64,000 nucleotides of DNA from IMG/VR virus record IMGVR_UViG_3300031908_000001, positions 32,001-96,000 of that record; one strand, 5' to 3'. How positions within the stretch are numbered: position 1 is the first letter of the stretch; every line of letters starts with the position of its first letter. This document shows positions 39,542-53,153 of this stretch, piece after piece. The translations under genes and the position numbers were made by a program. A model generated the notes under the pieces. The model was not told the DNA's origin. It made no database searches and saw only the letters and a list, made by a program, of their open reading frames with translations. The stretch comes from a virus (lineage: Duplodnaviria; Caudoviricetes).

Positions 39542-39901
39542 TCATTGATTTAAAAGTTTTGCAAGCTCATTAGTTATATATCTGAATCCTTGAAATCCTT
39601 TCATTGGAATTGGATTCTTGAGCTCATGAAATTTACCACTTCTCTCAATAAATTTTCCTTTCCATTCATTCAGGGTTGTATAACAAACAAAATCTTTTTC
39701 TGAGAAGCCTACGATCTCCATCCATCCTTTTATAAATCCATTGTGAATAAGATAGCAGCGAGCACCAATATTTACTTTTGGAAATCCATTCACCTTAAAA
39801 TTCATTACATAAGATCTATCTGCAACTGTATCGATCTCCTTCTGATAATCTTCCCACTTTACACTCTTTGGAATTGTAATGATAATGTTTGATTCTGGCA
39901 T
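39542..39901 (-). CDS. ASCH/PUA-like protein
   Basis: GARCYLIHNGFIKGWMEI...PIPMKGFQGFRY; own promoter at 39922-39945. Confidence 0.55.
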   Translation of the reverse strand: MPESNIIITIPKSVKWEDYQKEIDTVADRSYVMNFKVNGFPKVNIGARCYLIHNGFIKGWMEIVGFSEKDFVCYTTLNEWKGKFIERSGKFHELKNPIPMKGFQGFRYITNELAKLLNQ

Positions 39902-40131
39902 AAATTTTAAGTTACTTAATGCAAATATAATAAAAACTTTGATAAGTCAAAACATTTATTATTTATTTCCATCGTCCATCTCTATTGCCTCCTTCAGTCT
40001 ATATATTTCTATAGGAGATACTTTAAGCTCATGCTCAGTCCCCTTTCTGCTTTTTACATTTTTAACTAAAAAAATTGCTGCATTTAATAGTGCTGCATAT
40101 TTTTCTTCTATGTTACTCATCATCGTATGGA

Positions 40132-43100
40132 TTAAAAATTTCTTTTGATTGTTTCTATCAGTGGCCCAATTAAAGTGGAAAATACAAATAACTGAAACAA
40201 TAATACTGGAAGACCAATTATTCTAGAAATAGATTTTGGCAATCCAAATGCACATATCAGTAATATTATCGATAAAGACAATACCATCAGAAATATAGAT
40301 TGCTTCCTGCAATAGTTTACAACTTGTTCAAATTTCTTTTTCATTTTGGATATTTTTTTCGTTTGCTTTTCTTTCCCTGGATGTAGTAATATCTTAAACC
40401 TAAGATAGGGCAGTAGTCGAATACCATGATGTTCATCTTAGTAAGTGGCCGCGTTTAGTAAAAACTTCTTGTCTGATTCTATCAACCATTTTGTAAAACT
40501 AGATCCATCTATTTTAAAATTGGTATCGTATATGGATTTCAAATGATATAATTCTTCATAATCATATGCATCATATATCTCATCAAATTCAAGTAAAAAT
40601 GTTAAGCTCATATTATTTTAGTTTTAATCCTAAATATCTAATTCCTGAAGATTGATAATCCATATTCTGTCCACAAGTAGGACATTTAGGAATTTCATCA
40701 TCAAACATATTCCTGTCCTTAACCTCAACTGCAATATGACAAGCTTCAGGATTTGTCACACAATCAAATAAATGACAGGCAAAGATATATGTTTTTATAA
40801 ATTCTCCAGCTCCAGTCTCCTTCGGTGGTTTGAGTATCGAAAATCTATTTTTCATATTATTTTACGTTTTTATCAAACCATTCATTGAATTTTGAATTTG
40901 TAAATGTTTCATCATTATATGCTTCCTGAAACAAGTCAAAACATATCTCTCTCACTTCTTCCCTGGTATAAGTTTTCTCTTCTTCTACTGGAGAATTTTC
41001 TGTAAGCAATTCTGCTGCTGTCTTGTTACATTTTTGAACTAGATCTGCTTCTGTCTTCTCTCTTATATCCTTCTCGTTTACAAAATACCATTGATTATTT
41101 CCATTCTTATCAATTCCTTCTGCAGTTATTGAATAGCCGCTATACTTCTTTGTGATATTATTAATAACTACCTCTGCCCCTATTGCAAACAAATGACCAG
41201 AAGTTGTATCTATAATGATTACAGATTCCCCATTTCCAAATTTTGATTTATTTCTCATGGCCTTAGTCCTATTTTCTTTTTCTCTGAAGCTATATGATCG
41301 AGACTGAAGGTAATGGACATTTTATAAACATCCAAGTTAAACCTCATTTTGTCGATTAATTCACCTCTTTTTTCGAGTAATTTTCTTTCTTTTTGCATTT
41401 TTCTAGTTGTTTTGTTTGAAATTATACCTTCTCTATGGTATTTACATTTGATAGCTTCACCTGGATTTTTGTCCATCTTTTGCAGATATTTCTCCTTGTT
41501 TCCAATACGAACTTGTTATCTGGATATTTCTCGCTATCAAATGTCATCATAACTACTTGTAAAGTCTAATTTATGATATTAGCATCCTAAATGGCAAATG
41601 GCCCTGTAATTACAAGTTGTAGTCTTTGAAACTACTAGAGATGAGGATCTGTCATCTTAATATAAATGTTAAGATGAATACTGTAAGGCTCAAGCCGAAT
41701 GTAATTTCTAAAATTATCATCTGCTTTGCCATTTGAATAAATTCTTTCATAATTCTTAATGTTTAGTCAAAATAATTATAAGCCGCTACTACAAACTTCC
41801 AACCCAATACTATTATGAATATGTTGATTAGGTGACCTATTGAAAATATTCCTCCGATAGATGCTAATATGATTGTGGTTGTAGAAGTCTTCATAATCGG
41901 TTTCTTTTATATCTTAATTAAAGGTAAGAATAAAAATTGACTTATCAAAACTTTTATAAGACTTTTTTATAAGTTATTTTAAATTCTTTATCTCCTCTTG
42001 GATACATATGATATGATGTATAATATTTAATCCAGATAAACAAAGAGAATTGGGCTCCAGTCCTATTTAGGACCCGATAATATATTTTATAACTGTGGAT
42101 GTCATTGAAGTACCTGGCGCGGTCTAGATATTGCTCCAGGTATGCATTTATTTCTCTCACTCCCCGCTCTGGAAATATAAATTTATGCATGTAATCATTT
42201 ACAATCTTTGTTACGTTTCCTTCAATATCATTGGATGCTGCCATCGATCTACGTAATTGCGATGGGTTTAAATGTTCAAATACTCTTATCATATCTCTGT
42301 CTCAGTTATTATCAAATATTTGTATTCGCCTATTGCGCTCATGAGGGAGTCTAATGGACTCCTTAACCATTGCCTAGGTTTATTATAGGAATAGTAATAT
42401 TTAACCCATTTTAAATTAAAAGATCCTACCACCCTCTCTGCTATCTCTTCTTTGTTGGGTAATTGAAGAAAGTCTTCTATTGAACCAGAAAATATAACTG
42501 TTGGGAAACCTGTCCATCTATAGATGTGTTCTTGCTCCTCAAATTCTGTATTATCCTCGAAAAGGTTTATCTCATGCCTCTTGCCTTCAAATTCTTTGAG
42601 TAGGATTGTTTTAGTTTCCATTGTTAATCGTTTGGATCATTTATGTAACACCAATGTGTGACTGTATAATTTTTAGCAGATCCGACTGACCAAGTAGCCT
42701 TTGAGTGTTTATCAAAATACCTCTGTTTTACGTCGGGGCATCGCCATGACAGATGATAAAATAAAGTGCCATCTTCGTGAATCCCTTTAATAAAAACATC
42801 CTCAACATTTTTAGGCAATCTTTCCTTTGTATCTATCCATATTCCCACAATTTTATTTTTATCCAATAAATCACCAACGATCTTATCGGCATCAATAAAT
42901 TGCATCTTATCTACTGTTTCATTTACAGTATCGATAAAGCTTTGTATTATTTTCTTATCCATTCTCTTTCTTTTTATTAAACTCAATTGCAAAGTCTGAT
43001 ACTGTTAGCCAGATAGCGGTTCTAAGGTCTTCGTCTCTGTTTCCGGTTCCCACTTCTACCCCTAAAGCGTTAGTAAAATACACTCGATGGTCCCCGAATG

Positions 43101-45427
43101 CGAGCTTTTCAATTACACCAAAATAACCTAATGATTGTATGTGTTCGTAGGCTGGCATTAATAGGCTCCAATCATTGTGATAATTTTTTCTCTGATACTT
43201 TATAATTCTTACTATCGCCCCACATTCCATTATCGCTATAGCCTCATTTCTCTTTATTGTCTCCTCGGTTGTCATGATTAAAACCCTCCTGAATCTAAGT
43301 AATTAATGTTTTTAACTTCGTATTTTTCAATTCCATTCAAGAATTCAGCAGGAGCTTTTTTGTCCTCACCTGATGCCTCATTATAAATATCTCTATCAAC
43401 TGCAAACAAATAATTATCAATCCCACAAAACACCAATTTGGCATTCTTACATATCTTCATTGCTTTTTCAAGCTCCTTTAAAGCTTCTTCCTGTTTCTTT
43501 GTCATTCCTTTGGCTTTACTTATTCTTATTTATACACTTTTCGCAAGTTGGTGGCATAGAAGTATCAGACCATCCATATCCTCTAACTCCTGGTTTAGCT
43601 CCGCATAGTGCTTTGTCACCCCAAAATCCATTAGTTGTATAAGGTAGGGGTGGAACAAGATGTATTATAATACCAGAATCTCTGTGAGCACCATTAAAAC
43701 TACGCCCAGCCTTATATGCTGAAACTACATTTGAGTTAATTATATTTTCTTTGCTCATATCCTTAACATTTAATTGCTTTCCGGTCCTTGATTATCTCTT
43801 CCAGCTTCTCATAGAATGTATCTGGATAGTGCTGGTATATTCTGGCTACTTCCAGATAGTCCATATTATAGTCTTTTGCTGTGCTTGCTATAAATGGATT
43901 TTGTTCTTGTACTTTGTTCATCTTATTTATTAGTTTATTGTTTTTACAAATGTAAGAATTGATTTGAATCCAGTTGATACATTTGAATACTGGCAAAGGT
44001 ATAGTTCTCCACTAATTCCATAATTTTCTGCATCCTCAATACTTTTAATAAAATTCTTAATTGGTTCTGCATGAAAGAAGCCCCTATAATTATTACATTT
44101 GCCACAATCGCAACTAAAGTTCAAGTCTTCTTTTTTATATATTTTGTAATGTGCCTGCATAATTTTTAGATTATTTAATTCCCAACCTATCTTAGTAGAA
44201 GAGCTGGGAAATCTGATACATTGAATTGTCTTAAGCAAATTATTTTTCCACCACCATTTTCTTTGCCATGAACCAAATTTAAAGATTCAAGAATCTCCAA
44301 TGCTTCTTGTTCAAATTCTCTTGAAACAGTCACATACAACATATTTGCAAGTATTGCACATCTTAATATGTTGATGTTTTTAGATTTCAAAGCTGCTCTT
44401 ACTTCTTTTGTATTTGGAGTTCTCATAATCTTTATCGTTTAATTGTTAAGTAAAGATAAGCATAATAAAAATATGATCAAAACTTTTATCACACTTTTTA
44501 TTACATATTTCTTACTTCTTTATGATTAGTTCTTGTTCCAATACTTCTATAACTCTTTCTAAAGCAAGATCTGCACTAAAGTCTGTATATTCTGTAGTAT
44601 TATTGTTTTCATCTACTGCCCACTCTATATGAAATCCTGATTTAATAGCTATGAGGAGCTTATCTCTTAGAGATTGTTTTTGCTTCTCTTCTTTCTCTTT
44701 CTCCTCCCCAGTTATATTGATCCAAGTGCCATCATGCAAAAGTTCGTTAACATGCTTCTTATTATACAAACTTTGATCACGTCTATAATCTACAATCCAA
44801 TAAATATATACGCAATCGTCGTCGTACTTGCATACTCCTACATTATAAATGACTCCATCTCTATCTTTGTGAGTGAGCCGGTCTCCTATTTTAAATAAAT
44901 CTTTCATGATTATTTAGCTTAAATTGTTTTCAATATATTGTCTTATCTCCTTAGAGAGTTTTGCCAGCTTAAAATCCTGGCAGATTGCATCGAGCATGAT
45001 TAATTTATGATAGGCTTGAATCTTATTGAATCCTCCATTATTAATTTTCACCACGATATTAAAATGTGTCCGAAGTGATTGTTCTAGGTTTTCATTAGAT
45101 GCGTCCATTGTCTTATTTGGTTTATTTTATGTTTGCTTTTGGTGCTCATAGTACCAGAAAGAGTTAATATTAAAAACTAGATCCGGCTTGTATCATTATG
45201 CCCATATTATTATCTGGCCATATTAAAGTGTACAGGTCAACCCCTATCGCAAATTCAAATTCATTTGTCCACATTTGCATGTTTCTGAATTTCTCTCCTG
45301 TATACATTCCACTGTCTCTTATAAATTCAGCAGTGGCCTGAGTGATCTTTGTTTTCTGTCCTGGCGATAGGAATTCAATCATTTTAGATAATGATTCTTT
45401 CGATGTTGCATTAATTACCTTATTCAT
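40132..45427 (-). other. run of small hypothetical early genes
   Basis: Packed minus-strand ORFs of 60-135 aa; promoter cassettes at 41918-41959 and 44427-44491. Confidence 0.6.
42624..42992 (-). CDS. DUF551-like protein
   Basis: WIDTKERLP...VTHW. Confidence 0.65.
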   Translation of the reverse strand: MQLSLIKRKRMDKKIIQSFIDTVNETVDKMQFIDADKIVGDLLDKNKIVGIWIDTKERLPKNVEDVFIKGIHEDGTLFYHLSWRCPDVKQRYFDKHSKATWSVGSAKNYTVTHWCYINDPND

Positions 45428-45596
45428 AATCTTAATTTTAAGTTTTAATTATCTGTAAGAAACTTGAGCTGTCTCAAAACTCTTAGCTGTTTCAACCGAC
45501 ATCTTCTCAGCTACTATTACTAAAGCTACGATGTTTATTGTTAAGGCGATAAGAGCGATTATTACAGTTTTCATTTCTTTGTTGTTTTGTTATATT

Positions 45597-45649
45597 AAAG
45601 GTACGAAGTTTCTAATTAGAAACCAAATTTATTATAAAAGTTTTTATCA
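45597..45649 (-). promoter_or_regulatory. second copy of the early promoter cassette
   Basis: taaaggta -7 element; agtttctaattagaaaccaaatttattataaaagtttttat shared with the 34.17-kb copy. Confidence 0.75.
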
Positions 45650-45753
45650 TATTTTCTTACGTAAGATTTGATAAATTGTACTTTTTCCTTCTAAAAGTCG
45701 ATTTAAGTAAAAAATTTTCGGCAAAACACTTTTTTTGATTGGACTTTTCTAAT

Positions 45754-45792
45754 AAAACAAAATAGCGACAAGAAATATATCCTGGCGCTATT
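45754..45792 (-). terminator. intrinsic terminator
   Basis: Minus strand AATAGCGCCAGGA-TATATT-TCTTGTCGCTATT-TTGTTTT. Confidence 0.7.
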
Positions 45793-45822
45793 CATTAAAA
45801 CTTATTTATATATGAAGATTAT

Positions 45823-46615
45823 TTACCTAATTTTTCGACTTTTTAAGTAATCTTTGGCGCTATAGCTGCCAATATGTGGTAACTGTTTTTGCAGAGCATA
45901 CCCATTCATCATAGATATCACCTCTTCCTCTGTGTACATCTTATCCGGCTCCTTAAGATCTAATACGGCTTCCTTGGCCTTGTTCCAGTCTTGTGGCAAC
46001 AAAAGAACTTCTTCAGTCGTGCTATTTGGAGCTAAAGAGGAAATATAATCAATAGATAATTGATCACAGGTTTTTGATATTTCCATTATTTGATCAATCA
46101 CCAATACTCTTACCATTCCCGCTGTTTCCTTATTTCCTCTCCAATATATATTCTCATGCATTAGCCATCTTTGGAATGCGTGACACAAATCTTCATCAAC
46201 TGTACTAATTAATACTCGCTTGTTGCTCATCTCTTTTTATTTTGTCTTTGATAAAATCTTTGAATAGCTCATTACAATAAGCTTCAGTTATTATAGCACC
46301 ATTATCATCTTGTATTGCGAATGTTATGGCGTCTTTCATATCCTGGTCGGTCCAGTTCTTAGCTGGTGGGGATATCATCTCAAGTATTAATTTTGTTACC
46401 TCATTCCAGTCTTTTGGAAGACTGTGGGTTATTTGCAATCCATCACCTGGAGCTACTAGAACTACCTTATCTGCAGTATCAAAAATAAACATTATCTCAT
46501 CTACCTCAAACGCCATTCTTCCGCCACCAATCCAAAATATTCCTTGTTCAAAACACCACTCTTGTAGTGCCTTGCTTAAATGCTTATTTTCTGCCCTTAC
46601 TACTATTTGCTTCAT
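45823..46615 (-). other. tandem paralogous genes 45823-46230 and 46205-46615
   Basis: AFQRWLMHENIYWRG...LPQDWN vs ALQEWCFEQGIFWIG...LPKDWN; both end in a YTEEEV/WTDQDM module. Confidence 0.7.
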
Positions 46616-46617
46616 CG

Positions 46618-49600
46618 TTATTTTGAATCAAGTGTCAAATCTATTGATATATGTTTTGGGCGATGAGGTGGAATAAATGAAACCTTGGTTGAAAACGCGT
46701 TCCCTATCTGCTTACCCCTTTGCTCTATCCATACAAGATTCTTTTCCGGCTGATTGATGTACTTAATGCCTCTCCATTTTAACTTTCCTTTGGTGATATC
46801 TCCCTTTATCTTTGGCTCTGCGTGCTGAAGGATTGTCTCTTTAAAAGATTTGTTGAACTGCTTTACTATGTCAGCTTGCATCTGTTCATATAATTCTTCT
46901 GTCTTACTCTTAAGATGAAGCATATCTTCTTTCCATTTGCCAGCGTTAGTTATGCGCAGCGATACTTTACTTTCACTCATAACTTTTTCCTTTTGGATTA
47001 ATATAATTCTGAAGTGTTTCAAATTCTTCTGGGGTTAATAACTCTTTGGCTGTCTTTCTCCAAAATTCCATTTCTGCATGTAATGCGCGGGTCCTGTGCT
47101 TAACTTTTCTAAGTTGCTTTTCTACACATTCCAATAATGAAACTTGGATATCTTTAAAATGTCTTGTATTTATTATTTTTTGCCCGGCTTCATAGTCACT
47201 TATTTCACCATTACTAAGCTTCTCTTCAATCTCATAAATCCTAGTCTTGGACTCTCTTACAAGAGTTGAAAAATGAAGTTTCCATTCCGCCAATTTAACT
47301 TCATTCATGCATGTATTTATATCATCTATCCCTATATTAAGCTCTTTACTATAGGGCTTATTTCTTTGTTGTTCACTCATATTATTATCTTATTTAATAC
47401 TGTTTCTGGCAATCTATCTATCTTGTATTGATTGCTGCTTCTGATGTTGTTTATATCCTCCGCGTAATTCAGCAACGATACTCTGGGTGCTACTTTCCAT
47501 TCTATGAAATCTCCATAGAGCTCCAGCGCCAATATCTTCTGGATGATGTTAGATGCTGCATCGCATTCGGCGGCCCATACAAACTCTCCGTCTACTTCTC
47601 TGAACTCTTTTATTCCTGGCACTGATCCTATCTTCTCCGCTTGATTACATATCCAATTGTAATACATCTTGCTTGCTCCTATCACCACTTCTTCATCTGG
47701 GTAAGTGTAAGTATCGAACCTCAATAATATGTTTCTCTTCTCATCAAACAATATATAGAATCTCTCGGTTGCATTGTCTCCCTGGAAGCTCTCATCATAT
47801 ATTATTTTAAATCCCAATTGCTTCAGTATTTTAAAGTACTTCGGGATGTGCATTAATGGTGTAGAATCAATGCTCTCACCTATCTCTAATAGTCTCTCTT
47901 CTGCTATGCTTATATAGGGTTTCATTATACGATCTTTTAAAACGTTGGTAAAATTATTACTTTTAGTTTAGCTTGGAAAAGACGTGTAATTTCTTTTCTT
48001 AAATTTAATAAAAACTTTTATCATTCGCTAATTTATTATAAAAGTTTTTATAATATTTTTTCCTATTAAACTTATTAATATAAAAACTCTTATCGTTGAA
48101 TTTTTGTAATATCTATATGAACTGTCCATCCCACCTTATTCATTATTACTTCATACTCTTTTATCTCTGGATCATAATCAAAATCAATGGCCGCTATTCT
48201 TTTATTGTTATCCAAATAATTTATAAGTCTTCGATCTAAATGTATTATTGTTTTCTTCTTTATTGCTCCTAATGGTTCTATTCTGAATATGAATTTTCTT
48301 TTTCCATCTGGATATCCCGCTAATGATATTGGTATCTCTTCTCCTTCTTTTAGTTTATAGATTGCCAAAGGCATTTGCTCTTCTTCTTTCCATGGCAATA
48401 TATATGCTGGATAGATTGTTTGCTCTCCTAGATTTAGTATTGCCCTATTATTATTTTCTATTAATATTATTTCATATACTGCTGTATCTGGCAGAAGAAG
48501 ATTTGTTATTTGGACTCCATCATGCAAACAATCCATGTCAGTAAAATATACCTCCAAATCTGGCTTGGTTGTTTTTATCTTATATTTTATCACTCCATGT
48601 TCTTTTAGGTCATATAATGATATTTGAAGATATCCATCTATTGTAAATTCTCTTCTTATTATATTTGATGCTTTTATCTCATGTCTTCTTGGATCATGCA
48701 TGACTTCATTATAATATTCTTCAGATGGAAGATGATCTGTTTTTCTCTTTCCGATATTTATTAATGGGTCAAAATCATTTTTACCCCTTCTCACTATCTC
48801 TTCTGTCTTTCTCATTAGTACTCTCATTCCCTGGATGAATTGGATTACTCTTGCAAGAAACCATAAGCCAATTATTGCGCCTATTGATATTATTAATAAT
48901 ATTATTGTTTGCTTTTCCATGTTGTTTTGTTTTTATAAATCTCTTTTTCTTATTTCTTGATACCATCTCTTCAAAAAAGAGTTTGGATACATTTTCTTTT
49001 CTAAAGATTCGTAAGCCTGATCTCTTTTATGCTCTGTATCTTTTCTGTCTATTATTTGCCACTCTCTTTCGTCTCCCTGAAATGATTTTAGTGCGAAAGC
49101 TTCAATAACAAATTTCTTATCCTTGCTCTTTATTGATGCCTTTGTTTTATTTGGTGTAGGCTTTTCTCTTTCTTCTCTCATCTGTTTCTATTGATTATTT
49201 TCTCCTTTTCTTCTTATTATGAATCCTCTGTCTGGATCTCCCTCTTTTCTGTCTCTAAATTCACAGATTTGAGCAATAGAAGTTGTGCGGATGGATCCCT
49301 TAATATTTTCTAAAAAAGACCATTTTACCATTTCACTTGGTATTGTTATTCCTTTCCAAGTCTCTGTATTTCTTCCCATTCTCTTAATCGCCTTCTTAAT
49401 CTTCCTGGGGAGCCTGAATTTCTTTGCTCTGTATATCATCTCTCTTTAGTCTTGATCTGATACATATAATATATCAAATGGAGATATTATTTTTATCTGT
49501 CCTTTTTTGCACTCACACAAATATCTGGTAAAGGATGATGACAATATCTTATCAAGAACTTTAAGCTCTATTTGCTCTTCCTTAATTTCAGTCTTGGCTA

Positions 49601-52600
49601 CTATTGTTTTTCCTATTATACTCATTTCTATTTTTGTTTAAAATATGAAGCCGCAATAACTACATGATTTCCTTAATGAGCTTTTGCATTGACAATATTT
49701 ACACTTAATTGTCATTGATCCTGCATTGCTTTCTTCTTTGTTGCCAGACATTAAATTTGTATCAAGATCAAATCCAAATCTTTCAGGTGATTTGGTAACT
49801 TCTCTCTTCCTGATCTCCAATATCTTCTCATATGTATGAATAATTATTTCATCTGGTATGGAAGTTTTAAATGGTGATAAGCTATTGCCGCCTGTGCTTA
49901 GTTGAAATCTCCATTCCTCTGTACCAAGCAAGTTTAATTGAAAATATACAATTGTTTCTCCACCATATTCCATATTTATTTGATTCCACCATCCGTCTAT
50001 AAACTTAAAGCTAATACCCTCTATTGAGGAAAACAACTCAAACAATTCAGGATTATCTTTTTTAAATCCATCGAATAGTTTATTTTGTGCTTCTGTTGCT
50101 CTCTTTATTTTTGCCTCTTTGATCTTATTGTATGCTTCTGTTAGCTTGTCCATTATTTCTTTCTTTTAAAATACTGCACTAATCCCACTATACTTGTAGA
50201 TACGCCTAGCATTACTCCAAATATTACTGCTGCAATTAAACATCCAATTAATTGTTGTCCTGTTATCATATTAATGGAATATTTATTCCAGTTACGCCCG
50301 ACATATATTTTATCTCTCTGTTTAACATTTTTGCAGCATCTTCTTTTGACATCATGTTGTGGGGAAGAGCTATTACCTTCTTTAATTGCCCCGCTTTTAT
50401 TGTGATAGCTTCAACGTCTTGATCAAATGATAAAAAGCTATTGTTCTTAATCATTTCTTTTACTTCTTGAGTTTTCATTTGGCTTTTGATTTAAGTTGCT
50501 GTGATACACTAATGGTATTCCAAATGAAAAGTACATAAGAGCTTCAAAACTATCCGGCAAATGATTTTTCATTTCAAGTACCGGTGGATCTATTGTTAGT
50601 GGCATGTGCCACTTCTTATAACCTTCAAAGTTTGGAAATACTTTTTTCTCATAATCATATCCCAAAAGTATGCCAGCATGATAATATGCATTGCGAGTAG
50701 ACATTCTTTCCCTCTCTGTTCTGCATAGAAAATCTATATAACTCTTCATCCACTGCTGCAATAGATCTAATTCTTTATCTGAATCCATTTTAATTTTAGG
50801 TTTTGTCTTAATTATGGAATTTTAGCTAAAAAGTCCATTTTTGGGAAATAATTCTTTATTTAAGAATTATTAAGTTGTTTTAGTAATCTGGAAATGTAAA
50901 TTGTCACAATAAAATATCAGACTCTTGTAGCTCTTTCTTCCGAAGAACTGATTTTGTTCATATGGTGACTCATATCTCTCTATTCCTATTCTTCTTTGAC
51001 TAAAAGATTTTACTGAATCACATGACAGATTATTAGAATTCCAAAAATATAATCTATATGAAGTATTTTTGATTTGAATTAATAATATCTGTCTTCTCAT
51101 TTTTATTATAGTTGTGATACAGTAGATAAAATAACAATAATCAATATATGTGCAATGGTTCTTTTGAATCTCTCAAATTTTCTCTCCTCTTTCTCCTTCT
51201 TTGCCTGATCCACTCTTAACATAATATCATTTATTGTGGCCGCTGAATCTTTATGAATTGGCTTAATTTCTGTTACTATTGCTCTATATTGAACCTGTTG
51301 TGAGCTTGCTTCGGTACTCAATAGGAATAAAAATCCAATAAGAATTATCTTTAAAATTTTACCCATGATGGACTATTTGTGAGAGTTATTTCTTTTAAGA
51401 GATCTCTTACACCACGAAGCTCAAGTTGATCTTCGGAAGCTTGTTTTTTCAAATAATCCTTTATTACTTCTTCCACTGGCCTTGCTTCACTCTTCTTGGT
51501 TGCCCAGGGATTATTTATATACGTTGGACGATGTGGTTTAATAATAAATTTCATTTTCTTTCTGTTTTTGTTTTGCTATAAAATTATTTAATGCACCATC
51601 TGGTGAGCTATTTGAATTGATATTCTGGAAACAATATTGGGCAAAGTCTTTCATATCTTGTCTTGTGAAAGACTCATTGCCGGCGTTTCTCTTCTTGCTA
51701 TCCTTCTTTAGATAATCTCTAAGCCATATTGATGCTGCAATCAATCCACATATAAGTGCCGCTGATCCAATTCTTACAAATATTTCTAGCATTGTGTTTT
51801 TCGTTTAATAAGATTCCGGTAATATTTTCCAAATAAAAATTTTCTACTGTGGCCAGCCTCTCTTTCTAATATTTGAAGTATTAATTCATAATACTCATTA
51901 TTCATTTTAATTTTCTTAATTTCATGCTTCCAGACCATTCTTGCCAGTTCATGCAATTGGAATGTCAAAGTTCTTTTTCTAACATTCCATTCCCAAAATT
52001 TTAAAAGTAAAATAACTAAGGCTACTGCCAATATTGCCCAGAATACTGAAAGGCCTATGTATTTATACATTATTTCCATTATACTATTCTTAAATAATCT
52101 TCCGGTGCTCCAATTGGCCTTATAATTTCCAGGCCATCATATGATGATATTGAATTTCCTTCAAATCCAAATGTTGTGCTGGCATAATTCATTAGATCAC
52201 AATATTTCTGTGGGCCTATCATTAATACGGATGGCCTATGTTGATTGCTTTCTATAAATTGATTTTTCAATTCTTCTATTTTTAGATTTATGTCCATTGC
52301 TATTATTTTAGTTTTGTGAAAATGGGAAAAGTTTAAATCTTGTCCCCAGATAAACTTTGTAAGGTGTATCTGGGGTGATTTCATGTAATGAAAATGATAT
52401 TTTGCCGCTTATTGTGTCTCTAAATAAGGATTTTGGTGTATATATTCTTCCCTCCTTTACCCAGTTTTTAGGCTGAATTGCTTCAGGCTTATCTTTCTCA
52501 TCAACACATATAAGATAAAATCCGGCGATCATTGACATTATTTTACAAATACTTTCTTTACAAGTTGCTTTTGTTTCTCATCCACTTCATGAATATCGCA

Positions 52601-53153
52601 TAAAGCATCTACAGCGGCCATAAGTCCATTGAAGATATACTTGTCTTCATTCTTGTCAAACTTTGCACTCATGAAGGCTTTTTCGATCTCACAAAGATCT
52701 TCTGGAGAGTATCCGGTGGCATCAATTTGCCTTTTTGATTCTCCTTCATAGAATTCCATTCTTACATTTCCAAAGAAACACACATCAAACCATGCTGCTG
52801 CTCTGCCTTGCCAGAATACTCTATCTAACTTTCTAACTACCTTGACTCTATTAAATCCGGCAACAATATTTCCAACTCCACAGGCGGAAGTAGATTCGGC
52901 CTTTAAAGTATCATTCATATACGCAGCAACTAGAAAACTAATCGACTGCTGGAATTGTTTTTTGTTTTTCATTATTCTTCTCTTCTGATTCATGTTTTAA
53001 ACTAATTTTTTCAAATTCTAATCGCTGGTTAGCCTCTTTTAATTCTTTTATAGTTAAGTCTTTTTCTTGCAGCGCGGCCACAAGACTTAAAAATACATCG
53101 TTTAAATCTTCCGGCTTGGTTTTTGGTTTTCTCTTAAAAATATTCCTTATCAT
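46618..53153 (-). other. run of hypothetical genes incl. 47377-47925, 48090-48920 (N-terminal TM), 49638-50153, 52538-52993
   Basis: Packed minus-strand ORFs, no recognisable catalytic motifs. Confidence 0.55.

Noticed and set aside
41552-41660. Possible small structured RNA (ACTTGTAA/TTACAAGT stem)
   Set aside because: Weak AT-rich pairing and no recognisable ribozyme or riboswitch core.
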